Source: a cyanobacterium endosymbiont of Rhopalodia gibba
Lineage (GTDB): Bacteria > Cyanobacteriota > Cyanobacteriia > Cyanobacteriales > Microcystaceae
NCBI GenBank assembly: GCA_045159875.1
Contig: CP067995.1
Location: 1,568,001-1,632,000 of the forward strand
Direction of reading: 5' to 3'
DNA: 64,000 nt
The translations under genes were made by a program, and so were the position numbers. Positions 1 through 12,952 of the stretch are shown piece by piece (position 1 is the first letter of the stretch; each line of letters starts with the position of its first letter). The notes beneath the pieces were generated by a model. That model did no database searches and was not told the origin of the DNA. It was given only the letters and a program-made list of their open reading frames with translations.

Positions 1-905
1 TAATTTCTTATTCAGATAGTAATACTGTTTCTTGAATGGATATTCAAAAATTAGGTAGTTAAATAATTCTTAAACAAGTCATAATATTTTTTGAACTTCA
101 TCCTCTATTACTTAAATATGTGGTAAATATTCCCCAAGTACTCAAAGTAGAAGACTATAACGGATAGTTAATAATTATTGCCTGAATGGTATTTTTTAAA
201 CCTAGTAAAGAAAGATTTGTAAGTGAACAAGTGGGATTTATTTTAGGACAAGGCTACCGTTTAACTTTTTTTAAAAAATAAATTAAAGATTATTTTGATA
301 TAATTTATAATCGTATTTATGCCAATCAAGGAAAAGTTCGTTAGACCGTACCTGATTACTTAACTTATTTGTTATAAGATTCTATCAGAGAATAGTTATT
401 TCCCCCTATTAGCAAAATATAGTATCGCATAGAAGTTTTAGAAGATTGACTGGGTTGTACAACCTCGAAAAAATTTATGCTGTGCGACGGGAATTATTAG
501 CGTTGAAGCGAGCAATTTGGCCTCTACACAATGTTGAGAGAGTGCTTTGATTCAACTAAGGCTCAAAATCTATTTTTGAGATTGTTATAATCACATTATT
601 GAACTGTTTGATATTGTAGAGATTTATCGATAACTTACCTCAAGTTTAATGGATGTTTATTTATCTTTTATGAGTAATAAAATAAAGGAAATAATACAAG
701 TTTTAATAGTTATTTCTACAATTTTATTCCTCTAGCTTGTATTCCAGAAGTTTATGATCTAAACTTTGAATATATGCAAAAATTTTATTAGTCTTGTAGT
801 TATATTACTTGTCTAAGCTTGATGGCAACTGTTACGATAAATTTAATTTTTTCCTTTTAATGACAGGAACAACTTGACTTATTTTATCGTCTTAACAAGA
901 AATAA
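1..905 (+). pseudogene. corA: Magnesium/cobalt transporter CorA, degraded (5' end outside window)
   Basis: Hand translation gives VS*MDIQKLG, FELHPLLL, VVNIPQ..KVEDY and NFEYM (remnant of the GMNFEYMPEL signature), broken by many stops and frameshifts. Confidence 0.8.
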
Positions 906-1481
906 ATTAATTAATAGAAATAAGCAATAAAATCTATTTATTTTTTGCAGCTATATTTCTTTGCTAAATATTAGTGACTTCCTAATGCTTATAGATAAGA
1001 CTAAGTTAGATAAACTCAAATAAATCTAAAATAGAAAAGTAGTTACCAAAGAATAAGCGCTAGATGATTACATCTTGCCTAAAAATTCAGCAAATAGAAT
1101 TAAAAGATAAGAAAATATTAAAATTAACTAGAAACTCACAAATTTTTCTCATAACACAAATAAAATTAGAAATATTATATTTAAGTGCAAAAGCATGAAA
1201 AGTTAAAAAAATTGTAGAACGTATAATTATAAAAATAATTTATAGATAGATAATCTAGAGAAAGAAGTATTTTAAAATTTTTTAAACAGTTCTCAACAAA
1301 AGATATGATTATTTATCATGGATAATAAATTTTTTAAAATAAATAAATAAAAATTAATTTTATAAGATTTTTTAATAAAATTTATAAAAAATTATAAATT
1401 AAGAGGGCAAAAATTAGCATAATAATTATGTCTATTTTTAGCTAAAGCTATATTAAAATAATAAGAAAAAAAATAATCTTT

Positions 1482-1524
1482 ATTTTCTATGGTGTTTAAT
1501 TTAAAATTAAACACCATAGAAAAT
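1482..1524. repeat. Perfect inverted repeat, 21-bp arms, 1-nt spacer
   Basis: attttctatggtgtttaattt-a-aaattaaacaccatagaaaat. Confidence 0.95.
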
Positions 1525-1776
1525 GGTATCAAATAAAAGTTCATAAAACTGGAGAAAATATATTTGAAGACAAAGATAATTTAGCCAAGAAGGTTAAACA
1601 AAGTCCTGCTCAAAAAAGTTGCCCTCAAAAGGATAAATTAGAGCAATATAAATCCAGCTTTATCTTTTAAACTACAAAAATATAAAATAGTTGATGTTTT
1701 TAACGTTTATTTAAAGATACTTACTTGTCTACTTACAACGAAAATTTTATGACTAAAAAACAGTACACTAAACATA

Positions 1777-2162
1777 GGAGAGAGTTAGTGAGGGAGTTGC
1801 GGATTCGTCCTTGAGGCGAATTCGAGGAAAGTCCGGGCTTCCTAAAGACCAAACTTGCTGGGCAATCCCCAGTGCGCGTGAGCGTGAGGATAGTGCCACA
1901 GAAAAATACCGCATTTTCGGGTATTGTCCGACAAATGTAAGGGTGCAAAGGTGTGGTAAGAGCGCACCAGCAGCATCGTGAGATGCTGGCTCGGTAAACC
2001 CCGGTGGGAAGCAAGGTCGAAGGGACTAAGGTTGGTCTTTTCCCCGTCCCGTTATTGGAGAACCGCTTGAGGTGTTTGGTAACAAACATCCCAGATAGAT
2101 AACTCCCCCTATAAGACTAATATTTTATAGGAACAGAACCCGGCTTATGTCTAACTCTTTCC
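1777..2162 (+). ncRNA. rnpB: RNase P RNA (bacterial type A)
   Basis: Conserved GAGGAAAGTCCGGGCT near the 5' end, AGTGCCACAGAAA, GGTAAACCCC and 3' AACAGAACCCGGCTTA; the termini gagagttag/ctaactctt pair as P1. Confidence 0.97.
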
Positions 2163-2239
2163 TTAACCTTTATTTTGCGTCCATCCTGAAATAGGTGGCG
2201 CAGTGAAAAATTATAGCCCTGAAAAGGTACCTAAGAACA

Positions 2240-5200
2240 TCAATTAGTAATTTTTATTCCCTCTTGGGGTAACGCTTTTTTCATCTTTCCCAACCACTCA
2301 ATCAAACTCTCTAATTGTTTTTGGGGTTTTGATAGTCCTAACCCTCTAACAGTTACTTTCTTCGGACTATAAACAAACCGCGATTGTAGATAATTTGGTA
2401 GATTTTCTTGTAACAATTTCCAAGCAGGTTCTTCCATTGGAGTCTCTAAAATGATATGTTGTTTGCCATCAGTCTTAATGCGAGAAAACCCTAAAGATTT
2501 GCCAATTTGTTTTAATTCTATTACCTGCAGTAGTTGTTTTACGGAGGCGGGAATCTCTCCATAGCAGTCTGTCCAAGCTGCCATAATTTGCTCTAAATCT
2601 TTTTTGGAATTCGCCGTTGCTACTGCTCGATAAGCATCCATTTTTTGTTGAGTATCAGCAATATAACTAGTAGGAATAAAAGCAGTTAACTGTAAATCAA
2701 CTTGAGTTTCATCAACTTGAGGTATTTCCTGACCTTGAATCTCTTTGATTGCTTCTTGTAACATTTCCATGTACAATTCAAATCCAATAGCCGTCATTTG
2801 ACCTGACTGTTCAGCTCCTAATAGGTTTCCTACTCCCCTGATTTCCATGTCACGAGTGGCTAATTGATACCCTGAGCCCAGTTGGCTAAATTCTTGTAAG
2901 GCTTTCAATCTTTTTCGGGCCGTTTCTGTTAATTCCCCTCTACTTGGATATAATAACCAAGCATGAGCTTGTATTCCAGATCTCCCAACTCTTCCTCTCA
3001 ACTGATAAAGTTGAGATAAGCCAAACTTTTGAGAATCTTCAATAATAATTGTATTAACTCTTGGGATGTCTAATCCTGATTCAATAATCGTTGTACAAAC
3101 TAAAATATCTCCCATCCCATTGTTGAATTCTAACATAGTTATTTCTAATTCATTAACATCCATTTGTCCATGAGCAACCATGATTCTCGCACTGGGAATC
3201 ATTTGTTGCAATTTTCCCGCTACTTCTTCGATTCCTTCAACTCTAGAAACAACATAGAAGATCTGTCCCCCTCGATCTAATTCGTTACGAATAGCGGTTC
3301 TAATAACATCATGATTATAACTGGATAAGTGGGTTTTGATAGAACGACGAGAGGGTGGAGGAGTAGTTATTAAACTCATTTCTCGAATACCTGACAAGGA
3401 CATATATAAGGTCCTAGGAATAGGAGTGGCAGTTAAAGTAAGAACATCAACTTGAGTTTTTAATTCTTTAATTTTTTCTTTTTGATTAACCCCAAATCGT
3501 TGTTCTTCATCAATTACTAATAATCCTAAATTTTTGAACTTAATAGTTTTTCCTAAAATCTTATGAGTTCCTACAACAACATCCAATTCTCCTGTGGCTA
3601 ACCGTTGTACAATATCCTTTTTCTCTGAAGTTGTACGGAAACGATTTAGTAGTCCAATATTAATTGGATAGGGTGCAAATCTTTCTTTTAGAGTATGATA
3701 ATGCTGTTGCGTTAGAATCGTAGTCGGTGCAAGCAATGCAACTTGTTTATGTCCACTAGTAACGGCTTTAAAAATTGCTCTGACAGCGATTTCTGTTTTA
3801 CCAAACCCCACATCTCCACAAATTAATCGATCCATAGGACGATCACTTTCTAGATCGACTTTTACATCTTGAGCTGCTTTGAGTTGATCTGGTGTCGGTT
3901 GATAGGGGAAAGAACCTTCTAATTCTTCTTGCCAAGGGGTATCAGGAGGGTAAATAAACCCTGATTGTTTAGAACGCTTAGCATAAAGATTTAATAAATC
4001 AACTGCTAATTTTCTAATCGCTTTACGAACTCTTTGTTTAGTTTTTTCCCAGGTTTTTCCTGTCATTTTATGGAGTTCTGGAGGACGATTTCCCGTTTGA
4101 CAATAGTGGGACAAACTATCCACAGAATCTGCTGGTATTCTTAATAAACCATCATAGTATTGAATAACTAAATACTCACGAGTTGCTAAGCTTTCTAGCT
4201 TTAAAAATTTACCAACTCCATGACTTTTATGGACAACATAATCTCCTGGAAGTAGTCGCTCTAAGTTGATTTGTTTAGAGGCAGCTCGACGACGTTTTCG
4301 GACATAACCTGTCGAGGACAAAACATGCTGTCCAAAAAACTCCTTATCTGTAATAACAACAACTCGAAAAGTAGGAAGAATAAACCCTGTTAATTCTGCT
4401 AAGCCTGAATACTTTAGAGCTACTGCTATCCCTTGAGTATGATATTTATCAACTCCTGGGTAATCACGAGGATTTGGAATGAATTTAGCTGGACAGTCAT
4501 GTTCTTCTAGTAAAGAAACTGTTCGAGAAGGTTGAGCAGAAACTAACCAGGTTGAATATTTATTCAGAGAAATACCACTGTAAATTTCTCGTTTTCCTCG
4601 TAATATTTCTGCTAATTTAGAGAACTGATGAGGAACACTAGGAATTGGACGACTTGATAAATCTAATGTAGTTTTATCCGTGCTTTCTGATAATTCTGAG
4701 AGATAAATAATAGGAAGTTTTTTGACTAAATTTATAGAGGTTTTAAAAGAACGATGAATCTTCGGTAAAGATGCTCCTAATTCTTGCCAGTTATCTTCTA
4801 TATATTCTAACCAACGATTGCTATGAAACTCACATTGTTCTAATTCGTCAAAAACACAAAGAGTATTGTCTTCTAAATAATCTATTAATGAAGTGGGTTT
4901 TTCAAAAGCTATTCCTAAAAAACGTCCCATTCCCTCGGGATAATTATCGTCTTCTAATGCCTCTATTTCTTCAATAGATAAATAAGTCTTTAAAGATTGA
5001 TGTCGTTGATTAAGAGTGTTGGCAATGATAGGATCAAAACTTGTAGGAGTTAGAAGAACTTGATCAAGTTTTTCTAACGAACGTTGAGTTGCTAGATCTA
5101 ATTCTCGAATTTTTTCTAATTTATCTCCAAACCATTCTAATCGAATGGGTAATTCTAAGGAAACTGGAAAAATATCAACAATATCTCCTCTTCTGCTCCA

Positions 5201-5731
5201 TTGACCCTCAGTTTCTACTAAAGAAACTCTTTCATAACCTAATTTAGTTAATGATTGATTAATTTCTTGAGATGATTGAGTTATTCCTGTTTGTAAATTT
5301 AAACAATAAGACCAAAAAATGTCAGGAGGTGGTAAATGAGGTTGTAAAACTTTTTCTGTCGTAACAATGGCTAATTTGTTACCAATAGACAATGAACTAT
5401 TTATACTTGACAAAACCTGCATTTGTCCCCAGATCATTTCTGATTCAGCGTTAAATAACTCATAAGGAGACGCTTCTGAGGTTGGATAAAAATCAACAGT
5501 TGTCCAGCCCATAATCTCTAACTGAGCCGCCCATCTTCCTGCCTCTTCTAGAGTTGCACAAACCACTAACAAACTTCGATTCTCCGCTTGTGCTAATGCT
5601 GATGCGATTAAGCCCTTAGGAAGTCGAGGAATTCCTTTTAATCCCAAATAACCTGTTTTTTTTAGTTTTTCTAATAATTCTTTAGTTAGAGGTGATTTTT
5701 GTAGGGTACGAATTAGAGAAGAAAAAGTCAT
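2240..5731 (-). CDS. mfd: Transcription-repair coupling factor
   Basis: 1163 aa; CarD-like RID ([14 protein letters not shown]), SF2 motifs [15 protein letters not shown] and QLRGRVGR, C-terminal TRCF domain. Confidence 0.97.
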   Translation of the reverse strand: MTFSSLIRTLQKSPLTKELLEKLKKTGYLGLKGIPRLPKGLIASALAQAENRSLLVVCATLEEAGRWAAQLEIMGWTTVDFYPTSEASPYELFNAESEMIWGQMQVLSSINSSLSIGNKLAIVTTEKVLQPHLPPPDIFWSYCLNLQTGITQSSQEINQSLTKLGYERVSLVETEGQWSRRGDIVDIFPVSLELPIRLEWFGDKLEKIRELDLATQRSLEKLDQVLLTPTSFDPIIANTLNQRHQSLKTYLSIEEIEALEDDNYPEGMGRFLGIAFEKPTSLIDYLEDNTLCVFDELEQCEFHSNRWLEYIEDNWQELGASLPKIHRSFKTSINLVKKLPIIYLSELSESTDKTTLDLSSRPIPSVPHQFSKLAEILRGKREIYSGISLNKYSTWLVSAQPSRTVSLLEEHDCPAKFIPNPRDYPGVDKYHTQGIAVALKYSGLAELTGFILPTFRVVVITDKEFFGQHVLSSTGYVRKRRRAASKQINLERLLPGDYVVHKSHGVGKFLKLESLATREYLVIQYYDGLLRIPADSVDSLSHYCQTGNRPPELHKMTGKTWEKTKQRVRKAIRKLAVDLLNLYAKRSKQSGFIYPPDTPWQEELEGSFPYQPTPDQLKAAQDVKVDLESDRPMDRLICGDVGFGKTEIAVRAIFKAVTSGHKQVALLAPTTILTQQHYHTLKERFAPYPINIGLLNRFRTTSEKKDIVQRLATGELDVVVGTHKILGKTIKFKNLGLLVIDEEQRFGVNQKEKIKELKTQVDVLTLTATPIPRTLYMSLSGIREMSLITTPPPSRRSIKTHLSSYNHDVIRTAIRNELDRGGQIFYVVSRVEGIEEVAGKLQQMIPSARIMVAHGQMDVNELEITMLEFNNGMGDILVCTTIIESGLDIPRVNTIIIEDSQKFGLSQLYQLRGRVGRSGIQAHAWLLYPSRGELTETARKRLKALQEFSQLGSGYQLATRDMEIRGVGNLLGAEQSGQMTAIGFELYMEMLQEAIKEIQGQEIPQVDETQVDLQLTAFIPTSYIADTQQKMDAYRAVATANSKKDLEQIMAAWTDCYGEIPASVKQLLQVIELKQIGKSLGFSRIKTDGKQHIILETPMEEPAWKLLQENLPNYLQSRFVYSPKKVTVRGLGLSKPQKQLESLIEWLGKMKKALPQEGIKITN

Positions 5732-6679
5732 AATTATATTGACAAATCTATTTTATTTTTTTTTTTTAAAATAAATAAAGATAATTTTGAGACAATCAAA
5801 ATCTTTTCAGACAGCTATTGTAACATACTTTATCATCGACTGTTTTATTTGTATAAAAATAGCTTTTTTAAACTTAAGATGTAGCTTTAAATAAACGTTA
5901 AAAACTCAAATTATTTTATGTCTCAATGTGGAACTATTTTAACTAAAATGAAGTATCTTCTAAACACCTAAAAAATCTCATATTTAAATATTTTTTTATA
6001 AATTTTATTAATTTTTATAGTCACTATTTTTTCTATTTTATATTTAGTTTTGTCCTCTAAGTTGTTAGCAAATCTAGAATAGATATATTTTTTTCTTATT
6101 GTTTCAATTTTAGTTGAACTAAACTACTTATATGCACTGAGTTATCACCAAGAACGATTACCGTATTTATCTCTTTATTTATGTTTTATTTTTAGAATTT
6201 ATCTATTGATATATCTAAAATTTTTAGCTTTTCTACCTTATTTTTTCGAAAAAAAATAAATCTTTATATTTAATCGTATTACTTTTAATTTTCAACTATT
6301 TTAAAAAAATACCGATCCTTATAAAAGTTAATTTTTATTTTTAACATGTATGCAATTATTATGCTTCTTAAATAATTCGTATATAAATTCTTCTCATTAT
6401 ATGTTTAATAGTTGTATCAAACTTTCAAATCATTTAAATTACGATCTTCTTGTATTTAAATACAAAATCTATACTCTTGTTCTTGATTCTACATAAATTT
6501 CTTAAATTGTAAGTTAACTTCAATAGTTTTTGTTATTATGATGTCATAAGTTTAATTTTTAAGCAGATTACTATCTAATTTTTAATTCTGATCTTGACTC
6601 ATTGAAGTTTACCTATTTGCACAATTCAAAATCGACATAAAACTTAGATCAAAAAAGTAATATAATAACTTTTGATAAT

Positions 6680-7350
6680 TTTTTATATTTAAAAATCCGA
6701 TAACTCTATTGGGTACATTAAAGTAATTTACTTACAGTGTAATTACAAATATTTTTAATCTGTCAAGGATACCAAAAATTAGCTGATACAATTAGTTTTG
6801 CTTCTGTATTCAATTAATCATTAATATTCTATTCTCCTAACTCATTAGTTACTTCAGACTATAACATATTACAAGCCTCTCTACTGCCATAAAACAAAGC
6901 TATCTTAATGAGTTTTTCTATATTATTTCTAGTATTTATTTTTATAATTATCCTGGTCGTAAACTAATTTGTTAACTATGTAAATGTAATAAATAATAAG
7001 TATTCTGATTGACTATAATTGATTCATCCTTAATTCAAGAGATAAATTAACAGTTCACTACACTTCAGCTAGTAATTTCTGAGTATACCTGAATTTTTTG
7101 AAAAATACTTCAGATTATCTGCCAAGACATAATTATTTTTACAAAAGATGAACTACATCCTGCAGTACTGATAATAATATAGTCAACATCAGTTCCTTCA
7201 GAATTATCGATCATCTATTTAACTAATGCTTCTGTTTGTTTTTCTCATCCATGATTTTCTAGCAGTTCTGCAGAACATCATCTGGTTTAAAAAATAAATA
7301 CTTCACATACATTTGTTGTTAAAATTTTTACTATGTTTTAATAAACAAGG
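6680..7350 (-). pseudogene. glcF: Glycolate oxidase iron-sulfur subunit GlcF, degraded C-terminal part
   Basis: Minus-strand remnants EKQTEALVK*MIDNSEGTDVDYIIISTAGCS, ALFYGSREACNML*SEVTNELGE, LNTEAKLIVSAN and MYPIELSD match the CCG-domain motifs of cyanobacterial GlcF as recalled. Confidence 0.7.
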
Positions 7351-7399
7351 AAACAGATAGCCTTTACAAAAAACATAAAATCATCACTACTTGATATCG

Positions 7400-8200
7400 T
7401 CATTTTTTTCAATCGCAGCAACTTGTGAGATTTATTCACTCATATTTGTCAAAATACGTTTAAGACAAACTATTAAACTCTATCTCCTTTCCTATACCTA
7501 ATTCTTGGACAACAGAAGTCTTTCCGACTTCTACCGGGACTATAAATAGTCCTAATTCGAGTAAGGTTTGGTTTATCTTATGCGTAATGGTTTTATCTAC
7601 AGTTATTCCTAAGATTCCCGATGTGTAAGGGGAAGGATAGGTCTTAAATGTAACTTGACAAATAACTTTTAATATAAAACGATATTCTACGAACAACTTC
7701 ATTAAGTCATATTCTGCCACTTTTTTAAAAATTCTTTCCCATAAATGCACAAAAGACAGTCTTAGGTTTCAATATTTGATTTACTCGTAATTTTATTTCC
7801 CACTTTTCGTATCTACTGTGGTCATAACCTCATAAATGGTGACGTCATTGAGATAAATAGTAGGGTCTATCGGTAGAAATTAATTAACCTGTATAAGATA
7901 AATTCTGCTTCTATAGTTGCTATAAAACCTCCTACCGCACCGTCAATAATGAAGTTCAGATTTTGGATATTCATAACTAGTCTTGAGGATAATACTAAGC
8001 TACCCTAAGACTGGTTTAGCACTATTTCTCCATAGAAGAATAGACCATTGGACTTCTTGAGTACACTGGATAATCTCGGACAGAGTTTTTAAATTAGGGG
8101 AAAGTCAGATGATTAGAATAAATATTAAAACCCACAAAGTTGTCAACTAAATTCTTCTAATATAAATCCAGAGGATTTTAAAAAATAACTGCATTATGGG
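7400..8200 (-). pseudogene. glcE: Glycolate oxidase FAD-binding subunit GlcE, degraded
   Basis: ORF 7460..7750 contains KKVAEYDLMKLFVEYRFILKVICQVTFKTYP, a decayed [32 protein letters not shown]. Upstream remnants GAVGGFIAT and LSEIIQCTQEVQWSIL. Confidence 0.75.
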
Positions 8201-8350
8201 AGTTAACTAAAAATTAGAATTGTATAGTGATCAAATAAATCATTGAGGAAAAAATAGTCTCCACTCCATTCTAGTGTACTTAATTTTTTTAGTAAAATTC
8301 CCATCGTAACGCGGCATAGTGCTGGTGTTTCACTTACAATGTAAGAGCCT

Positions 8351-8668
8351 TTAATCTAAAGGTAACTCACTCCATTCTGCACAAAAGTTGTCCCAACACA
8401 ATACCTTTTCTTTTCCTGGAAACCAGTCTACTTGGTCGACTCTGAACCATTGTTGCGTCAGATGACTCCAAAGTTCAATGCCTTCTCCATTATTTCGATA
8501 ATAATATCTTTGACCGCTACGAGCCACGATTTCCCAGGTTATACCATTTTCTGGATGATCAAACTCTATGCTTAGAGTACAATTTTCAGGAGATGATAGT
8601 TTATCTCCTTGACGTTGATAACAAATAGTTTGATAATTTTGCAGGCTGGATTCTCCTAGATTAACCAT
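8351..8668 (-). CDS. Hypothetical protein (Trp/Cys-containing, 105 aa)
   Basis: Uninterrupted ATG ORF with coding-like composition, co-oriented downstream of khpA; no family recognised. Confidence 0.6.
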   Translation of the reverse strand: MVNLGESSLQNYQTICYQRQGDKLSSPENCTLSIEFDHPENGITWEIVARSGQRYYYRNNGEGIELWSHLTQQWFRVDQVDWFPGKEKVLCWDNFCAEWSELPLD

Positions 8669-8740
8669 AAAAACAATACTCAGTGATTATTGTGGAAGTG
8701 GGGAAATGTTAGGAGGGTTTTTTACTCTCCCAAACTTCTC

Positions 8741-9157
8741 CTACTGTTCCCAATGAGATTTTACAGAAAGTCTTGGCAAAGGAGGAGGATAAGTCCTGGT
8801 TTTTTTACGCACAAATTTACGTTCGGGTCTGTAACTCGTTCGATAGCTAGAGCGAGAATTTTCTCCTGGAATATCATAAATATCAAGGTATAAAGATTGA
8901 CCAGCAGCAGTAGCAGCTACTTGTAGGACCACACGAATAGCCTGGAGATTGCAGCCACTTCTTCCAAAAATTTGTCCTTTATCATTACCTTCAAAGGCTA
9001 AACGAATCCAAACTCGTTGATTCTTATTAACCTGTTCACAATCTACACTTAGAGAATCGGGCGATTCTAACAAAGGTTCTACCAAAAACTCTACTAAACC
9101 CAAATAATCTGGGCTAGCAGGATTTGATGAATTAGACCAAGAATTAGGTTGGAGCAT
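8741..9157 (-). CDS. khpA: KH-domain RNA-binding protein (KhpA/YlqC family)
   Basis: [21 protein letters not shown]...[15 protein letters not shown] (GxxG loop). Start moved to the ATG at 9157 overlapping the rpsP end; typical rpsP-khpA order. Confidence 0.9.
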   Translation of the reverse strand: MLQPNSWSNSSNPASPDYLGLVEFLVEPLLESPDSLSVDCEQVNKNQRVWIRLAFEGNDKGQIFGRSGCNLQAIRVVLQVAATAAGQSLYLDIYDIPGENSRSSYRTSYRPERKFVRKKTRTYPPPLPRLSVKSHWEQ

Positions 9158-9398
9158 TGACTTGTTCAAATACTTGCGCTTTCTGAAGAATACTACGAAC
9201 GGTATCAGTAGGTTGGGCTCCCTCTTGAAGTCTTTTAACAATCCCTGGAACATTTAAGTGGGTTTCGTCGGTTCTGGGGTTGTAAAATCCTAATTCTTCT
9301 AAAGGACGACCATCACGACGACTGTTATTATTCATAGCGACAATTCTATAACTGGCTTCACGCTTTTTGCCGTACCGTTTTAAGCGTAGTTTGATCAT
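9144..9398 (-). CDS. rpsP: 30S ribosomal protein S16
   Basis: [22 protein letters not shown]...[15 protein letters not shown]. Confidence 0.98.
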   Translation of the reverse strand: MIKLRLKRYGKKREASYRIVAMNNNSRRDGRPLEELGFYNPRTDETHLNVPGIVKRLQEGAQPTDTVRSILQKAQVFEQVNAPT

Positions 9399-9574
9399 AT
9401 TAGTTACTGAGACTCCTTAACTCATTGATAATTTTTAATCACTGTTTGGTGAGAGATTGACTTTTAGCTCAAAAATTGACTAAGTCATTTCCGAACTTAC
9501 AATTGTACCATTTTACTCTCAACTTCAGTAAATTGTTAGAATCGTTATTGTATTTAGACTCAATTGATATATGC

Positions 9575-10900
9575 AAAGAATAGTTAAATGCGAATATTAC
9601 CTATTTTTTGGGTATTTATTCCAATCTTTCAGTCTTATGACAAGAGCTTGGAGTTGGTCAATCACAAAATTTTATTGCCAGCATTGAGTTTAATTACCGT
9701 TACTAGCATTTTATCCTAAACCTAAGAATTTAAACTTTATGAGCGTAACATTTAAGACATAACCGAAGAAAAATGGGATTGGGCACAACTTATCGTTTCC
9801 TAAGCGATGCTCATGCATAAATTAAATTTATTTTGACAGATTTAAGAAGTTATACGACGAGATAAAGCTATTGCTGTAGAAGATTTTTACCCCACATCAG
9901 TCCCTTTAAAAGCTCAAAAAGTGCATGCAAACTTCTTGGTTTTAGGGAAAGAAAAATTGTTTCTTCTTCTGGCTGTCAAAGTATTAGGATACGGAAAGAC
10001 TGGAGGAGTAGTTCCTATAACTGAAAAGCCTAGTGTTACTATGATCTCTATTTCTCGCTACGATTTACTGGAGTTCATATATCTATACATCGATTCAGTT
10101 TTTATAAAAGTTTCCTTTTCATTGCTAATTTGCTTACATCATTGTTCTCTATAAACGCAAACCTCACATTAAAACTATTAGCTAAATTTTATGATAGTCA
10201 ATGGTTTTTTAAATCAAAAAAAACAATATTACATTTTTACTTAAACAATTAATAATTTTAAAAAAATAACATCTACATTCTTTTGGGTTTAATACAGAAG
10301 TGCCTGTTGATTTCTAGCAGAATATTAATTTTATTAAATTAATATTTTAGTTTAATTTTGGTATTTTTTTCTTAAACTTTAAAATTACCAATAAAGAGAA
10401 CTTAAAACTAACAAAAAAGTTTAAAATACACGTATTTGTGTGACTGATACTGCAATACCTTGATTAATACCAGTTAATTTTTAATAGCTGTTTTTTCTGC
10501 AGTTTTTATAAAAAAATAGGCAGCTCTATGTATTATTCGGCTTGTGGAAGATACGGCAATTTCTATCTGTCATGTTTGGTATGTCACAAGCTCTTCCCTA
10601 TACTGTTGTATGGCATTTTGAGAAAAAAAGAATGACTGTAGGTTTACACTAAAAAGACATTAATCAATGTACCTTAATGAACTTTATTCCCAGTCATCTT
10701 ACCGGAAAAATTCTTCAAGAGTGGATTGAAGCTTTATAGATTTTGCTCAAATGAAGGAATCTTCTTAGAACATGCCTATGATTGTTTTCTGAAAATGAAT
10801 GTTTCTCAGTGTCATCTCTCCTTAAAGTTACTTAGTTGGCTTCATTTACACGATTCAGTGATTATTGTTTGGTAATAAGAATTTAAATGAAAACTCTATT
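9575..10900 (+). pseudogene. B12-binding-domain radical SAM protein (DUF4070-type), degraded
   Basis: Remnants SYDKSLELVNHKILLP, EFKLYERNI*DITEEKWDWAQLI, FYPTSVP, EKPSVT...SRYDLLE, MFGMSQALPYTVVWH and DINQCTLMNFIP. Confidence 0.75.
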
Positions 10901-11028
10901 GACAGTCTCAGCATTTTTTCTTTAAAAAAGAAATTTAAATAAAATTAAATAACAGTTGTAAAAGCTTACGACTAGAAAAGTATAACAATCGTTAATGAAG
11001 ATTAATGATTTGGCGTTAATAATTGATA

Positions 11029-11053
11029 GTAAGGCGGGCACCACCCACCTTAC
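11029..11053 (-). terminator. REP-like hairpin immediately downstream of ndhD1
   Basis: gtaaggcggg-cacca-cccaccttac, 6 nt from the ndhD1 stop; same family as 29371..29401. Confidence 0.6.
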
Positions 11054-11059
11054 CTAAGG

Positions 11060-12649
11060 TTACTTAATTGCAGGAGCTTTTAAAGACATTTGTTGAGTGA
11101 AAGAGATCTGCACTTCCTTAACTCCTTCTCTTAAAGTTGGCACTGAATCACGTAATACTGCGGTGAGTTGGTTAATACTAGAATCGTAAATCTGGGTGAC
11201 AATTTTCGGATACAAACCAATACCAATGATAGGAATTAATAAACACCCTATAATAAATACTTCTCTCGGTTCAGCATCAATTAATTTGGTGTGGGAGGTT
11301 AATTCTTCATTTTCAGGTCCATAAAGCATTTCCCGCAACATTGACAAGAGATAAATGGGGGTTAAAATTACCCCAACAGCAGCTAAACAAACTACAACTA
11401 CCTTAAATGTTGGACTGTAGGCATCACTGGTTGCAAACCCTACAAAAACCATTAATTCTGCGACAAACCCACTCATTCCAGGTAATGCCAAAGAAGCCAT
11501 TGAACAAGTGGTCCACATGGCAAAGACTTTCTTCATCTTTTGTCCTATCCCTCCCATTTCATCTAGCATCAGGGTATGGGTGCGATCATAAGTACAACCT
11601 ACCATAAAGAAAAGACTCGCTCCAATTAACCCGTGGGAAATCATTTGTAACATTGCCCCACTGGTCCCTAATGAAGTAAACGAGGCTATTCCAATTAGGA
11701 CAAACCCCATGTGAGAAATTGAAGAATAGGCAATCTTTCTTTTTAGGTTTCGTTGAGCAAAAGAGGTTAGAGCAGCATAAACAATATTTACAACTCCTAA
11801 AATTACTAACATGGGAGCAAAAAAAGCATGGGCATCCGGTAACATCTGTGCATTCATTCGCAGCAGTGCATATCCTCCCATTTTTAAGAGAATCCCTGCT
11901 AGTAACATGTGGGCAGGTGCAGTGGCTTCTCCGTGGGCATCCGGTAGCCAAGTATGAAGAGGAAAAATGGGTAATTTAACACCATAGGCAAGAAGAAAAC
12001 CTCCATAAAGCAATAATTGCAGTTTTAAAGGAAAATCTTTACTCGCAATCGTCGTCATGTCAAACGTGATATTGCCACCATAGAATGCCATGCTTAAAGC
12101 GGCTACTAAGATAAATAATGATCCCACTGCAGTGTAGAGAATAAACTTAGTCGCTGCATAAAGACGGCGTTTTCCTCCCCAAATAGATAGGATAAGATAG
12201 ACAGGGACTAATTCTAATTCCCAGACAAGAAAGAAAAGTAACATGTCTTGTACTGCAAAAACAGCGATCTGTCCCCCATACATCAACAACATCAGGAAAT
12301 AGAACAACTTTGGCTTAAATGTCACTGGCCAAGCAGCCATCGTAGCTAAGGTGGTGATAAACCCCGTTAGCAAAATTAGGGGCATGGATAGTCCATCAGC
12401 CCCCACTGACCAATTTAAGTCTAGTTGAGGAACCCACGAATAGCTTTCAAATAATTGAAGGTCGGGATTGCTTAGATCATATCCAGTATAGAAAGCATAA
12501 ACAATTACTGAAAAATTGATGAGTCCAATAGTCAAAGCATACCATTTGACTGTTTTGCCGTCCTTATCAGGAATTATAGGAATAAACAAGGCAGCAATAA
12601 TTGGAAAGAGAATTATGGTAGTTAACCAGGGAAAATTGGCAATATCCAT
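11060..12649 (-). CDS. ndhD1: NAD(P)H-quinone oxidoreductase subunit 4 (NdhD1 type)
   Basis: [12 protein letters not shown]-terminus, [32 protein letters not shown]. Confidence 0.93.
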   Translation of the reverse strand: MDIANFPWLTTIILFPIIAALFIPIIPDKDGKTVKWYALTIGLINFSVIVYAFYTGYDLSNPDLQLFESYSWVPQLDLNWSVGADGLSMPLILLTGFITTLATMAAWPVTFKPKLFYFLMLLMYGGQIAVFAVQDMLLFFLVWELELVPVYLILSIWGGKRRLYAATKFILYTAVGSLFILVAALSMAFYGGNITFDMTTIASKDFPLKLQLLLYGGFLLAYGVKLPIFPLHTWLPDAHGEATAPAHMLLAGILLKMGGYALLRMNAQMLPDAHAFFAPMLVILGVVNIVYAALTSFAQRNLKRKIAYSSISHMGFVLIGIASFTSLGTSGAMLQMISHGLIGASLFFMVGCTYDRTHTLMLDEMGGIGQKMKKVFAMWTTCSMASLALPGMSGFVAELMVFVGFATSDAYSPTFKVVVVCLAAVGVILTPIYLLSMLREMLYGPENEELTSHTKLIDAEPREVFIIGCLLIPIIGIGLYPKIVTQIYDSSINQLTAVLRDSVPTLREGVKEVQISFTQQMSLKAPAIK

Positions 12650-12952
12650 TGCGATTATCTAATGTACTGAGTGACACTTGGAGTTTGGTTAAACAGTTAT
12701 TCAGTTCTTTGTTATCAGTGTTTTCACTGTTGACTGTTCACTAGTTTAATGTCTCCAAAAAAATACCCGCTACATTTTAACGATTTTCTCTTTAGGCTTT
12801 TAAAAATAGATCTCATATCTTAATCTTTGGACAAGTTCGGTTTTGGATAAGTTCGGTGGAATGATTTCGATATATAAAAGTTATTGCTTACACGACAGGT
12901 TTTATAATCAATAACTTATTATGATTAAGTAATAAAAGAAATAAGTTAGCAA

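Noticed and set aside
1733..2089. 118-aa minus-strand ORF
   Set aside because: Antisense to the GC-rich rnpB RNA; not a protein.
9921..10154. 77-aa ORF as a standalone gene
   Set aside because: Fragment of the B12-binding radical SAM pseudogene.
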